Positions 1-10,981 of a stretch of DNA of 53,688 nucleotides are shown here, one piece after another (the first letter of the stretch is position 1; every line of letters starts with the position of its first letter). Origin of the DNA: an uncultured Clostridia bacterium (GTDB lineage: Bacteria > Bacillota > Clostridia > Christensenellales > UBA1242); contig CALVZE010000003.1 in NCBI GenBank assembly GCA_944372445.1, positions 67,816 through 121,503 on the forward strand, read 5' to 3'. Both the position numbers and the translations under genes were made by a program. The notes under the pieces were generated by a model, which did not search any database, was not told the origin of the DNA, and was given only the letters and a program-made list of their open reading frames with translations.

Positions 1-322
1 GGAAAAATTAAATAAGGCAAAAGCTGAGAAAAGGCGTGTGATAGCTGTTGGGACAACCTCCGTCAGAGTGCTTGAAAGTGCAAGCGATGACAACGGAAGA
101 ATAAAAAGCGTTAAAAAAGAAACAAACATTTTTATCTATCCGCCTTATAAGTTTAAATTTGTTGATGCACTTATCACAAATTTCCACCTGCCAGAATCGA
201 CTCTCATTATGCTTGTTTCTGCTTTTATTGGCGATATAGATAAAACGCTTATGCTATATCGCCACGCCGTCAACGAAAAATACCGATTTTTTAGTTTTGG
301 CGATGCAATGTTTATTGAATAA
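1..322 (+). CDS. queA: S-adenosylmethionine:tRNA ribosyltransferase-isomerase, 3' end (5' truncated by window)
   Basis: [25 protein letters not shown] and [12 protein letters not shown] are QueA C-terminal motifs; frame open to the window start; adjacent to tgt. Confidence 0.96.
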   Translation, partial: EKLNKAKAEKRRVIAVGTTSVRVLESASDDNGRIKSVKKETNIFIYPPYKFKFVDALITNFHLPESTLIMLVSAFIGDIDKTLMLYRHAVNEKYRFFSFGDAMFIE

Positions 323-323
323 T

Positions 324-372
324 ACTCTATATATAGTGTAGTATGCAATAAACATAACACTAAATATGATAT
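324..372. repeat. NrdR-box-like dispersed repeat, copy 1
   Basis: ACTCTATATATAGTGT (324-339), linker AGTATGCAATAAA, weaker second box ACACTAAATATG at 357; a 22-nt stretch recurs exactly in reverse complement at ~25109-25130. Confidence 0.6.
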
Positions 373-460
373 TTTGTCTTATTGAATTTGCTTATTGAAG
401 AAGATAAAAAATAGTTTATAAAGCTTTATATTTTATGTTCAAAAAAGATTGTTTTTTTAA

Positions 461-1591
<1,131 letters not shown>

Positions 1592-1618
1592 TTTTCTAAA
1601 TTTTAAGTTAATAAAAAT

Positions 1619-1639
1619 GCATGGCGACATGCTTTTTTT
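1619..1639 (+). terminator. Intrinsic terminator after tgt
   Basis: GCATG-gcga-CATGC followed by T7. Confidence 0.6.
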
Positions 1640-1815
1640 AAAATTTGATTGGAATACGACCTTTTTTTACAAAATTGACAAAATTAGACATTCTTCGCTA
1701 AAAATATTTGTGCATAACATTTGCTTTTTATTTTTCCATGTGTTACAATAGTGTCGGTATATCAATATTAGGTATATTATACAATTAATTTATGAAAATA
1801 AAAGGGAGAAAAATT

Positions 1816-3084
1816 ATGCATGAATTTACTTTGAAAGACAACATTGCAACTCTTAAAATTAAGGTTTCATCAAAAGAATGGGAGGAAAAACTTCAAGAGG
1901 CATACGAGGCAAATAAGGGAAGATTTGCTATCACTGGTTTCAGAAAGGGGCATGCACCTAGAAAAGTGATTGAAAAAACCTATGGCGATGATATCTTCTA
2001 TGAGGATGCCGTTCAAAATATTGCCAACACTGAAATGATTGACTTTGTTACTAAAAATTCCAAAATGGAGCCTTTGCAAGCACCAAATATCACAAATGTG
2101 GTTATGGACAATGAAGGGTTAAAGTTTGATTTAACCTTTGAAATCATGCCAGAAATTAAGCTTTGCAAATATACAGGCTTAGAATTTAAAAAACTTTCAA
2201 CAAAGGTTACAGACGAGGACATCAATCACGAAATAGAACACCTATTAAATGACAACGCAACATTTAAAGATGTAGACAGAGAAACAAAGAATGGCGACCA
2301 AGTTGTGATTGATTTTGTTGGCTATGTTGACGGCAAGCCATTTGAAGGTGGAAGAGCTGAGAATTTTCCACTAGACCTAGGCTCACACACTTTCGTTGAA
2401 GGCTTTGAAGAGCAACTTGTTGGAAAGAAAAAGGGCGAAGATGTTAAGGTTGACATCAAATTTCCAGAAAACTATGTTGAATATTTGGCAGGCAAAAGCG
2501 GTTATTTTGATGTAAAAATCAAAGAGGTTAGAGAAAAAACTTTGCCAACTCTCGATGACAAATTTATTTCTAATGCGACAGAATATGAGAACTTAGAAGA
2601 GTATAAAAAACATTTACAAGAGCATATTCAATCTATGAAGGAAGATAGGTCAATTGCAAGATTAAAAGCTGATATTTATGAATATCTTCTTAAAAATATA
2701 AAAGTTGTTGCACCTAAGTTTATGGTGGACAACGAAGTCCGTTCCGAAATGCATGAAATTGAAGAGAGAGCAAAGAGTTTCGGTATGACGGCTGAGCAGT
2801 ATTTTGATTCTGTCAAGGTGCCTATGGAAGAATATAGGCAGATGTGCGAAGGGCGTGCTAGCCGTTCAATTAGAATGCACTACATCTTTGAGCAATTTTT
2901 CGACGAGTTAAATATTACCGCATATGAGGAAGAAATTAATGCTCAAATTGATAAAATGAAGCTTAGTCGAGAGAACGAAAATGCAAGACTTCAAGCAATT
3001 CATATTGTTAAGGTAAACAAGGTGTTTGATTATCTTTGCAAGAATAACAAACTTGTTGAAGTTGACACTGTTGAAGAGTTATAA
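1816..3084 (+). CDS. tig: Trigger factor
   Basis: GFRKGHAP ribosome-binding motif; FKBP domain (IDFVGYVDGKPFEGG, GFEEQLVG); GGGAG RBS favours ATG 1816 over 1792; tig-clpP-clpX synteny. Confidence 0.95.
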   Translation: MHEFTLKDNIATLKIKVSSKEWEEKLQEAYEANKGRFAITGFRKGHAPRKVIEKTYGDDIFYEDAVQNIANTEMIDFVTKNSKMEPLQAPNITNVVMDNEGLKFDLTFEIMPEIKLCKYTGLEFKKLSTKVTDEDINHEIEHLLNDNATFKDVDRETKNGDQVVIDFVGYVDGKPFEGGRAENFPLDLGSHTFVEGFEEQLVGKKKGEDVKVDIKFPENYVEYLAGKSGYFDVKIKEVREKTLPTLDDKFISNATEYENLEEYKKHLQEHIQSMKEDRSIARLKADIYEYLLKNIKVVAPKFMVDNEVRSEMHEIEERAKSFGMTAEQYFDSVKVPMEEYRQMCEGRASRSIRMHYIFEQFFDELNITAYEEEINAQIDKMKLSRENENARLQAIHIVKVNKVFDYLCKNNKLVEVDTVEEL

Positions 3085-3177
3085 TTTTAACTTTAAAATA
3101 AATTTTAATAATAATTGTTATTAATGTTTCAGATAAAATTTTATAACTCTTTTAAAATTTAATTAGGAGGTAAATTT

Positions 3178-3765
3178 ATGTTGATACCTATGGTTGTTGA
3201 CCAAACAGGAGCAAATGAAAGGTCTTATGATATTTATTCAAGACTACTAGAAGATAGAATTATCTTCTTGGCAGGCGAAATTACAGATGATAGTGCAAAT
3301 TCAATCATTGCACAATTAATTTATCTCGAAGGAAAAAATCCAGATAAGGACATTTTCATATATATTAATAGCCCGGGCGGTTCTGTGAGTGCTGGCATGG
3401 CAATCTATGATACCATGAACTATATAAAATGTGATGTTTCCACCATTTGCGTCGGTCTTGCGGCGTCTATGGGCGCTTTCCTATTGTCAAGTGGCGCAAA
3501 AGGAAAGAGATTTGCTCTTCCAAACAGCGAAATTATGATACATCAACCACTTGGTGGCGCGCAAGGTCAAGCAAGCGATATTGAAATTCAGGCACGCCAT
3601 ATTCAAAACATCAAAGCAAAATTAAACAAAATTTTAAGTGAAAACACCGGCAAGCCTCTTGATGTTATAGAAAAGGATACGGATAGAGATAACTACATGA
3701 CACCAGAAGAAGCGAAAGAGTATGGTTTAATTGATAATATTTTTAAGACAAGAAAGGCAAACTAA
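3178..3765 (+). CDS. clpP: ATP-dependent Clp protease proteolytic subunit
   Basis: [35 protein letters not shown]; AGGAGG RBS. Confidence 0.98.
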   Translation: MLIPMVVDQTGANERSYDIYSRLLEDRIIFLAGEITDDSANSIIAQLIYLEGKNPDKDIFIYINSPGGSVSAGMAIYDTMNYIKCDVSTICVGLAASMGAFLLSSGAKGKRFALPNSEIMIHQPLGGAQGQASDIEIQARHIQNIKAKLNKILSENTGKPLDVIEKDTDRDNYMTPEEAKEYGLIDNIFKTRKAN

Positions 3766-3817
3766 TTTTAAACAATACTTTTGTTTTTAAAGATTTGTTG
3801 AAGAGTAAAGGAGTTGT

Positions 3818-5098
3818 ATGAAAGATATTGAAATGTATTGCTCTTTTTGTGGAAAGCCACAAAGTAGCGCCAAAAAACTGATTGCAAGCCCTAACGGTGA
3901 CGCGTATATTTGTGACGATTGTGTCAGGATTTGTCTTGATATTGTCAAACAAGACAGCTTAAAGATTAAAGTGTATAAAGACCTTGAAATTCCTTCTCCT
4001 AAGGAAATAAAAAAGCAACTTGATAATTATGTGATAGGTCAGGACCAGGCAAAGAAAGTGCTTTCGGTCGCTGTTTTTAATCACTATAAACGAATTAATT
4101 ATAACAACCATCTTAAACTTGATGGCAAGAAAAAGAAAAGCGAAAGTAATGTTGAACTCGAAAAAAGCAATATTCTGATGATAGGACCAACAGGGTCTGG
4201 AAAAACTCTTCTTGTTAAAACTTTGGCAAAAATACTAGATGTTCCTTTTGCGGTTGCCGATGCTACAACCTTGACAGAAGCAGGCTATGTTGGCGAAGAT
4301 GTTGAAAATGTCCTTTTAAAACTCATCCAAAATGCCGATTATGACATTACGCGTGCCGAGAGAGGTATCATTTATATTGACGAAATAGATAAGATTTCAA
4401 GAAAAAGTGAAAATCGCTCTATAACTCGTGATGTCGGTGGTGAAGGAGTGCAACAAGCCTTACTTAAAATCATTGAAAGCACAATAGCCTCAGTGCCTCC
4501 ACAGGGTGGCAGAAAACATCCTCATCAAGAGATGCTTCAAATCGACACAACAAATATTCTTTTCATTTGCGGAGGGGCATTTGTTGGCTTAGACGATATT
4601 ATCTATAAGAGAATGGCATCCTCAGCACTTGGCTTCAATGCTGAAATCAAAAATTCCTCCGAAAGAGCTAAAATCAACTATTCGCAAGATGTTCAGCCAG
4701 ATGATTTAATAAAGTTTGGTTTAATTCCTGAGTTTGTGGGAAGATTGCCGATAATTACAGGGCTAGATAACTTAGATGCCACTGCCTTAGAAAAAATCTT
4801 GGTCGAACCAAAAAATAGTTTGATTAAGCAATATACTGAGCTTTTCAAAATGGACGGCTTTGAGCTGGAATTTGAAAAAGAGGCAATAGGTTATGTGGCT
4901 AACAAGGCGTTGGAACTTAAAACGGGGGCAAGAGGAATTAGAACTATTATGGAAACACGCATGACCGAACTTATGTATGATTTACCTGACCCTAAGGTGT
5001 ATGAAAAAGTCATAATCACAAAAGACTTTATGGAAAAGGGAGCAGAACCTAAGCTGATTCGAAGAGTGGAAACTGAACCTAAGGAAAGTGTTGGTTAA
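3818..5098 (+). CDS. clpX: Clp protease ATP-binding subunit ClpX
   Basis: CSFC...CDDC zinc finger, [22 protein letters not shown] loop, TGARG. Confidence 0.98.
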   Translation: MKDIEMYCSFCGKPQSSAKKLIASPNGDAYICDDCVRICLDIVKQDSLKIKVYKDLEIPSPKEIKKQLDNYVIGQDQAKKVLSVAVFNHYKRINYNNHLKLDGKKKKSESNVELEKSNILMIGPTGSGKTLLVKTLAKILDVPFAVADATTLTEAGYVGEDVENVLLKLIQNADYDITRAERGIIYIDEIDKISRKSENRSITRDVGGEGVQQALLKIIESTIASVPPQGGRKHPHQEMLQIDTTNILFICGGAFVGLDDIIYKRMASSALGFNAEIKNSSERAKINYSQDVQPDDLIKFGLIPEFVGRLPIITGLDNLDATALEKILVEPKNSLIKQYTELFKMDGFELEFEKEAIGYVANKALELKTGARGIRTIMETRMTELMYDLPDPKVYEKVIITKDFMEKGAEPKLIRRVETEPKESVG

Positions 5099-5105
5099 GT
5101 TTTAG

Positions 5106-5221
5106 GGCGGGCGAAAAAGCGCCTATTGGCGCTTAGTGCGCAGTCGCGCACGAAAATTTTACTTACAATTTTGAAATAAAAAACAAAAAGTGTTTAAAAG
5201 TAAAATTTTCTTTCGCCCGCC
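5106..5221. repeat. Structured four-way-junction element, copy A (candidate ncRNA, ssDNA motif or MITE)
   Basis: Outer stem GGCGGGCGAAA/TTTCGCCCGCC, hairpins AAGCGCC-tatt-GGCGCTT and GTGCGC-agtc-GCGCAC, third arm GAAAATTTTACTT/AAGTAAAATTTTC. Confidence 0.8.
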
Positions 5222-5319
5222 AATTACAAAATATAATATATTTAAGATAAATACAATTATTTAACTTCATTTAATAAATAGATTTAAAAACAAATTTTTA
5301 AAAATGTTTGTCAAAATAG

Positions 5320-5348
5320 TTGACATGCATAAAATATTGTGCTATAAT
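5320..5348 (+). promoter_or_regulatory. Sigma-A promoter of infC operon
   Basis: TTGACA (5320-5325), 17-nt spacer, TATAAT (5343-5348) with extended TG. Confidence 0.9.
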
Positions 5349-5359
5349 CACAAGCGTAT

Positions 5360-5462
5360 GAAAGTAGAAGTTCCCTTCTCACCTGTCGAATTTTGTTTTG
5401 ACATGGTCACAAAATTTAATAATGATTTATTATATTTTGGTAGGGAGCATTCTTTCTGCCAA
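5360..5462 (+). ncRNA. Ribosomal protein L20 leader
   Basis: AGTAGAAGTTCCCTTCTCACCTG ... GGTAGGGAGCATTCTTTCTG between the promoter and infC-rpmI-rplT; resembles the Firmicutes L20 leader. Confidence 0.75.
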
Positions 5463-5488
5463 AATTTTTTTTAAAGGAGATTACGACA

Positions 5489-6004
5489 ATTTTTAAGGAA
5501 CAATTAACGAACGAACAAATCACTGCCAAAGAGGTAAGACTTATAGGCGAAAACGGTGAGCAATTAGGTGTTATGCCTATTGAAAAAGCAAGACAAATCG
5601 CAGATAATGAAGGACTTGATTTAGTTTTGATGTCAGGCAATTCAAATCCTGCTGTTTGCAAAGTTATGGATTATGGCAAATATCGTTTTGACAGCATTAA
5701 GCGAGAAAAAGAACTCAAAAAAAATCAAAAGATAGTTGAGCTTAAAGAGATACAGCTCACTATGCGCATTGATCAATATCATATCAATTTCAAGCTTAAA
5801 AATGCACAAAAGATTTTGCAAGACGGTGACAAAGTTAAAGTGTCGCTCAGAATGAAAGGTCGTGAACAGGCGTATTCAAAAAATGCTGTTGAGGTTGTTG
5901 AAAACTTTGTTAACGCGCTTAGTGAATTTGGCTCAGTTGATAAAAAGCCAGAGATTGTTGGAAGAAATGTAATCGTTGTAATCAATCCAAAAAAGACAAA
6001 ATAA
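5489..6004 (+). CDS. infC: Translation initiation factor IF-3 (ATT start)
   Basis: Frame open upstream of ATG 5573, giving NEQITAKEVRLIGENGEQLG; AAGGAG at 5474-5479 precedes in-frame ATT at 5489; VCKVMDYGKYRF. Confidence 0.95.
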   Translation: MFKEQLTNEQITAKEVRLIGENGEQLGVMPIEKARQIADNEGLDLVLMSGNSNPAVCKVMDYGKYRFDSIKREKELKKNQKIVELKEIQLTMRIDQYHINFKLKNAQKILQDGDKVKVSLRMKGREQAYSKNAVEVVENFVNALSEFGSVDKKPEIVGRNVIVVINPKKTK

Positions 6005-6017
6005 AAGGAGAAAAGTT

Positions 6018-6212
6018 ATGCCTAAGCAAAAAACACACAGTGGTGTAAAGAAGCGTTTTTCACTCACTGCAACAGGAAAAGTTAAGTATGCAAGACCTGG
6101 CAAAGGTCACTTCTTAACAGTAAAAAACAAAAATCGCAAGAGAAAACTTAGAAAGGGGTCTTATATTGCTGGAAAGAACGCAGACAACATTAAGACACTT
6201 CTTTGCAAGTAA
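6018..6212 (+). CDS. rpmI: 50S ribosomal protein L35
   Basis: MPKQKTHSGVKKRF; operon position. Confidence 0.97.
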   Translation: MPKQKTHSGVKKRFSLTATGKVKYARPGKGHFLTVKNKNRKRKLRKGSYIAGKNADNIKTLLCK

Positions 6213-6224
6213 TGGAGGGGTAGT

Positions 6225-6572
6225 ATGAGAATTAAAAGAGGTGTAAACGCAGTTAAAAAGCGTAGAAAAATCTTAAAATCTGCCAAAGGTTATTTTGGTG
6301 CGAAGAGCAAGCTTTATAGAACCGCAAGAGAGCAAGTTATGAAATCTGGTCAATATGCATATATTGGCAGAAAACAAAAGAAAAGAGATTTCCGCGCTCT
6401 TTGGATAACAAGAATTAATGCTGGATGCCGTCAAAATGATATTTCTTATTCAAGATTTATCTCTGGACTTAAAAAAGCAAATGTAGCATTAAACAGAAAG
6501 GTGCTTGCCGATATCGCTGTTCGCGAACCAGAAACTTTTGCTAAACTTGTAGAAACAGCAAAGAAGGCTTAA
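6225..6572 (+). CDS. rplT: 50S ribosomal protein L20
   Basis: [31 protein letters not shown]. Confidence 0.98.
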   Translation: MRIKRGVNAVKKRRKILKSAKGYFGAKSKLYRTAREQVMKSGQYAYIGRKQKKRDFRALWITRINAGCRQNDISYSRFISGLKKANVALNRKVLADIAVREPETFAKLVETAKKA

Positions 6573-7294
6573 TGGAAAGGGCGAGCAAGGAATTAATTTC
6601 TAACTTAAAAAAGCAAAAACGCGAAAAGTCTTTGCTTTTTTTAGATAATGTTAAAATAATTAAGGATGCTCTACCACACATTAATGTTAAGCTGATTTTA
6701 ACCACTGTTGAAACGCTACCTTTTGATGTAGGCGATATCAAAGTTTATAAAACTGACGCAAAAACTATTGAAATGCTTGCAGATACTGTCACACCGCAAG
6801 GCGTGCTTTGTGTGGCTGAGTTTAAAAAACAAGACAAAGCTGTTCCAAATGGCAATTTTTTGGTGCTTGACACTCTTCAAGACCCGGGAAATGTCGGAAC
6901 GCTTATAAGAACAAGTGTTGCCTGCGATTTTGGTGCGGTATTCTTGGTGGACTGCGTGCATGTCACAAATCCAAAGCTTATAAGAAGCTCGGTGGGTGCT
7001 GTCTTTAATCAGAAAATTTACGAAATGTCAAAAGAGGAATTTATTAAATTTGCAACCTTAAATAATTTACCTCTTGCAAAATGTGACATGAACGGCGAAA
7101 ATATTTTTACAAAGAAATTTGAAAAGCCTATTGGAATTGTTGTTGGCAATGAAGGGCAAGGCGTAAGTGAGGAGATCTCCAAACTTTCTAAAATTTCTCT
7201 TTCCATACCTATGAAAGGCAATATTGAAAGTTTAAATGCGGGTGTCAGCGGGTCAATAATAATGTATCAAATAGCCAAAGAAAATTTAATTTAG
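6572..7294 (+). CDS. TrmH/SpoU family RNA methyltransferase
   Basis: LQDPGNVGTLIRT, VGNEGQG, IPM..IESLNA SPOUT motifs. Confidence 0.92.
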   Translation: MERASKELISNLKKQKREKSLLFLDNVKIIKDALPHINVKLILTTVETLPFDVGDIKVYKTDAKTIEMLADTVTPQGVLCVAEFKKQDKAVPNGNFLVLDTLQDPGNVGTLIRTSVACDFGAVFLVDCVHVTNPKLIRSSVGAVFNQKIYEMSKEEFIKFATLNNLPLAKCDMNGENIFTKKFEKPIGIVVGNEGQGVSEEISKLSKISLSIPMKGNIESLNAGVSGSIIMYQIAKENLI

Positions 7295-7304
7295 GAGGTG
7301 TAAT

Positions 7305-8030
7305 ATGTCAGGTCACTCAAAATGGCATAATATTCAAGCGCGTAAGGGCAAGTCCGATGCTGCGCGCGGAAAAATCTTTACAAAGATTGGACGCGAAATC
7401 GCTGTATGCGTTAAAGCAGGTGGACCTGACCCGAACACTAACAGTAAACTTCGTGACATTATTGCAAAGGCAAAGCAAAACAATATGCCTAGCGATAACA
7501 TCGAGCGCTCAATTAAAAAGGCGTCTGGTGAACTAAGCGGAATTAACTATGAAGCTATAACCTATGAAGGTTATGGAGTTGGTGGTTCTGCGGTTATTGT
7601 TGAATGTCTAACGGACAATAAAAATAGAACTGCAGGTGATGTTCGTCATGCTTTTGATAAACATGGTGGAAGTTTAGGCTCATCTAACTGCGTTTCCTAT
7701 CTTTTTAACAGAAAAGGAATTGTTATTGTTTCTGATGTTAAAGATATAGACGCTCTTATGATGGACGCTCTTGACTTAGGCGCTGTCGATGTTGTTGAAG
7801 ATGAAGAACTTGTGCAGGTTATAACAGAGCCAAATGAACATGTCGCTATGGAAGAGGCTCTGACAAAAAAAGGCTATAACGTTGTTTCGGCAGATACCGA
7901 ACTTGTGCCTGACAATTATGTTGATTTAAGCGAGGAGCAACTCGGCAAATTCAATCGCATGATTGATGCACTTGAAGATTTGGACGATGTTCAAGAAGTT
8001 TTTCATAATGTAAATTTGCAAGATGAATAA
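7305..8030 (+). CDS. yebC: YebC/PmpR family protein
   Basis: MSGHSKWHNI, YEGYG, LTDNKNRT, DLDDVQEVFHN. Confidence 0.96.
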   Translation: MSGHSKWHNIQARKGKSDAARGKIFTKIGREIAVCVKAGGPDPNTNSKLRDIIAKAKQNNMPSDNIERSIKKASGELSGINYEAITYEGYGVGGSAVIVECLTDNKNRTAGDVRHAFDKHGGSLGSSNCVSYLFNRKGIVIVSDVKDIDALMMDALDLGAVDVVEDEELVQVITEPNEHVAMEEALTKKGYNVVSADTELVPDNYVDLSEEQLGKFNRMIDALEDLDDVQEVFHNVNLQDE

Positions 8031-8048
8031 TTTATTCATCTTTTTTTT
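8020..8048 (+). terminator. Intrinsic terminator after yebC
   Basis: AAGATGAATA / TATTCATCTT hairpin followed by a T run. Confidence 0.75.
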
Positions 8049-8064
8049 ATTATGCCGTATATAT

Positions 8065-8172
8065 GGTGGTCGCATGCTCGAAAATTCGAGCCTCGGCGAA
8101 GCCGAGAAAATTTTAGCTCAATCCGTTTTCTTGTTAAATAGCGCGCAGGGCTAAAATTTTTATGCGACCACC
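8065..8172. repeat. Structured four-way-junction element, copy B
   Basis: Outer stem GGTGGTCGCAT/ATGCGACCACC, hairpins GCTCGA-aaat-TCGAGC and CTCGGC-gaa-GCCGAG, third arm AAAATTTTAGC/GCTAAAATTTT. Confidence 0.8.
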
Positions 8173-8192
8173 CTCAAACATCTTAAAATAGT

Positions 8193-8221
8193 TTGACAAA
8201 ATATGAAAAAAAGTTTAAACT
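8193..8221 (+). promoter_or_regulatory. Sigma-A promoter of rny
   Basis: TTGACA, 17-nt spacer, TAAACT. Confidence 0.7.
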
Positions 8222-8273
8222 AAAAATGTGTGAAAGTATTTTCACATAAAAATTAAAAGGAGTAAATGCGAAA

Positions 8274-9857
8274 ATGGGAGGATTATTATTAAATGTCACT
8301 CCTGCAATCGCATCTGTGATAGCAATAGTTTGTCTAATTGCGGGACTTTTGATTGGTGGCGGAGCTATTCTTCTTTATACCAACAAAAAAATGCAAAAAA
8401 ATAAATCAAATGCTGTTAAAATTATTGAAGATGCGTATGCAGAAGCAAAGACAATAAAAAAAGAGGCCCTACTAGAAAGTAGAGAGCAATCACAAAAGAT
8501 AAAAGACGAAGTAGAGCAAGAGGTAAGAAACAGGCGTCAAGAAGTAACAAAGCTTGAAGAGCGCCTAAATCAACGCGAAGAGTTTATTGAAAAGAAAGAA
8601 CTTTCGCTTGATAAAAGAACAGAACAACTAGAAGACGACAAAAAAGAAATTTCTGAAATCAAACAAAATCTTGAAAAAGAGAAAGAAAATTTAAACAGTC
8701 TTAAAGCTCAGGCTATGGAAGAGATTGAAAAAGTGGCAAAAATGAGCAAGCAAGAGGCTGTTGATATGCTTGTAAATACCATGCGCGAAGATGCTCAAAA
8801 GGAAGCCGCAGTCATCGTTAAAAAGATTGAAGAGGATGCAAGAGAGAACGGCGAAGCAAAAGCGCGCGAGATAATCGGACAAGCTCTTCAAAAATGTGCA
8901 ACAGAAACCACGCAAGAGATGACAGTGTCTGTTGTAACTCTTCCAAATGATGAAATGAAGGGCAGAATAATCGGTCGTGAGGGCAGAAACATCAGGGCAA
9001 TTGAAGCTGCGACGGGAGTGGAACTCATTGTCGATGACACACCAGAAACGATAACAATTTCTGGCTTTGACCCAATTAGAAGAGAGGTGGCAAGGCTTTC
9101 ACTAGAAAAGCTCATAACTGATGGTCGCATTCATCCAACGCGCATCGAAGAGATAGTTGAAAAGATGCAACGCGAAGTTGACAAAACGATAAAGCAAGCG
9201 GGCGATGAAGCATGCAACGAAACAGGAATATTTAATTTAAACGGAGAGCTTGTTAAAATTTTAGGTAGATTAAAATATAGAACAAGTTACGGGCAAAATG
9301 TTTTAAAACACTCCATTGAAACATCAATAATTGCAGGACTACTCGCTTCGGAAATGGGCGCTAATGTGAAGATAGCTAAGCGCGGAGGCTTATTACATGA
9401 TATAGGCAAAGCGCTTGACCAAGAACTAGAAGGGACACATGTTCAAATCGGCGTAGAGCTTGCAAGAAAATATGGTGAAAGCGAAGAGGTCGTTCACTGC
9501 ATAGAGGCTCACCACTTTAATGTCGAGTTTAAAACAATTGAAGCAGTCATTGTTCAAGTAGCAGATGCTATATCTTCATCAAGACCGGGAGCAAGGCGTG
9601 ATTCGTTTGAAAACTATATCAAAAGGTTACAACAACTTGAAGAAATCGCCAACAGCTTCAAAGGTGTTGAAAAATCTTTTGCTGTTCAAGCGGGCAGAGA
9701 AGTGCGCATAATTGTGAAGCCAGAAGAAATTTCTGACAGTCAAGCTATGTTTATGGCAAAAGAAATCGCAACAAAAATTGAGAACGAAATGCAATATCCA
9801 GGACATATTAAGGTCAATGTTATAAGGGAAAGCAGATTTGTTGAAACAGCTAAATAA
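8274..9857 (+). CDS. rny: Ribonuclease Y
   Basis: N-terminal TM segment, coiled coil, KH domain (MKGRIIGREGRNIR), HD domain (LLHDIGK), RPGARR. Confidence 0.97.
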   Translation: MGGLLLNVTPAIASVIAIVCLIAGLLIGGGAILLYTNKKMQKNKSNAVKIIEDAYAEAKTIKKEALLESREQSQKIKDEVEQEVRNRRQEVTKLEERLNQREEFIEKKELSLDKRTEQLEDDKKEISEIKQNLEKEKENLNSLKAQAMEEIEKVAKMSKQEAVDMLVNTMREDAQKEAAVIVKKIEEDARENGEAKAREIIGQALQKCATETTQEMTVSVVTLPNDEMKGRIIGREGRNIRAIEAATGVELIVDDTPETITISGFDPIRREVARLSLEKLITDGRIHPTRIEEIVEKMQREVDKTIKQAGDEACNETGIFNLNGELVKILGRLKYRTSYGQNVLKHSIETSIIAGLLASEMGANVKIAKRGGLLHDIGKALDQELEGTHVQIGVELARKYGESEEVVHCIEAHHFNVEFKTIEAVIVQVADAISSSRPGARRDSFENYIKRLQQLEEIANSFKGVEKSFAVQAGREVRIIVKPEEISDSQAMFMAKEIATKIENEMQYPGHIKVNVIRESRFVETAK

Positions 9858-9959
9858 TAGATTTTTTGCTAGATTATGGCATATCAATATATGTAGGTGA
9901 ATGCAAAAAGAATAATTGATTTTTGTAGTTCGCTTGTATTAATAAATAGGAGAAGTTAT

Positions 9960-10430
9960 ATGTTTAAATTGAAGCAAAAACAAAATAATGTAGAAATCGA
10001 AAATGAAGAAAATGCTAGAAATGTTGAAAAGCAAAATACGGAACAAAATGCAGAACAAGGCACAGAGCAAAATCAACCTTTGTCGGAAGCAAAATCACCA
10101 ACTGTAAGTATCCAAAGTGTTGAAGAGGACAATAAGAAAAAAGGTAAGGATGAAAAGAAAGTCATAAAATGGGGACCAAACAGAGTTTTGCAGTGCTTTG
10201 CGTACTTTTCCGTTGCTCTTATAGCCATTGCCATGATTCTTAGGCTTATCTTTAAAAATCAACCTGACATTGCGATTTATATGCAAGGTGTAGGCGAGTG
10301 CTTAGCATATATCGTCTGCATTTGGCTTGGCTTTTATTTTACGAGAAAGCGCGGAAATATTTGGTGGTTAGTTGGCTGGATTATAGCATCAGTTATACTT
10401 GTTATTTTCTATATTTTTGCAATTGTTTAA
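9960..10430 (+). CDS. Hypothetical membrane protein (low-complexity N-terminus, about 3 TM segments)
   Basis: AGGAG RBS before ATG 9960; hydrophobic segments in the C-terminal half. Confidence 0.7.
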   Translation: MFKLKQKQNNVEIENEENARNVEKQNTEQNAEQGTEQNQPLSEAKSPTVSIQSVEEDNKKKGKDEKKVIKWGPNRVLQCFAYFSVALIAIAMILRLIFKNQPDIAIYMQGVGECLAYIVCIWLGFYFTRKRGNIWWLVGWIIASVILVIFYIFAIV

Positions 10431-10568
10431 ATATAAAAGATTAAATGGTTCAATTATAACTACTAACGCTCAAACATAACAAGTTGTATCATTAAAATTT
10501 AACTATCAGCCTTATTCAAATGTTTCGCGCTAGCTTGAACTTTAAAATTTTATACTCAAAAGGAAAAT

Positions 10569-10952
10569 ATGAAAAAGAAAAATATCGTTTATATCATTAG
10601 TGCTGTGATAATAGTGTTATGTATAATATTTGCATTGCTCATAGATGTGTGGGCAAGTTTTTCATATTTTGTGCTATCTTTAATGACGATTTTGACATTG
10701 GTTTGGGCGGGTTACTTAATTTATAATTATGTAACTGACTTTAAAAAGCAACTAGATGATGATTTTGCTTATTATAAGGCAGAAAAAATCAATTCTACAA
10801 GTGTTACATCAGACGAATTTGAGAAAAATGAGCAAACTTATAGAAAGGAATTTAATAAGTCGGCAAGAAAAACTAAGTTTTTAGAAATTTGCAAAATTAT
10901 ACTTTGCTTTGGCTTTGCAGGTTTATTTATATTCGCAATGTTTGTAGCTTGA
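10569..10952 (+). CDS. Hypothetical membrane protein
   Basis: AAGGA RBS; three hydrophobic segments. Confidence 0.7.
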   Translation: MKKKNIVYIISAVIIVLCIIFALLIDVWASFSYFVLSLMTILTLVWAGYLIYNYVTDFKKQLDDDFAYYKAEKINSTSVTSDEFEKNEQTYRKEFNKSARKTKFLEICKIILCFGFAGLFIFAMFVA

Positions 10953-10981
10953 TATATAAATTTTATAAAGGAGGAAAAATT

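Noticed and set aside
5489-5491. Non-ATG start of infC
   Set aside because: ATT initiation of infC is established autoregulation; not novel.
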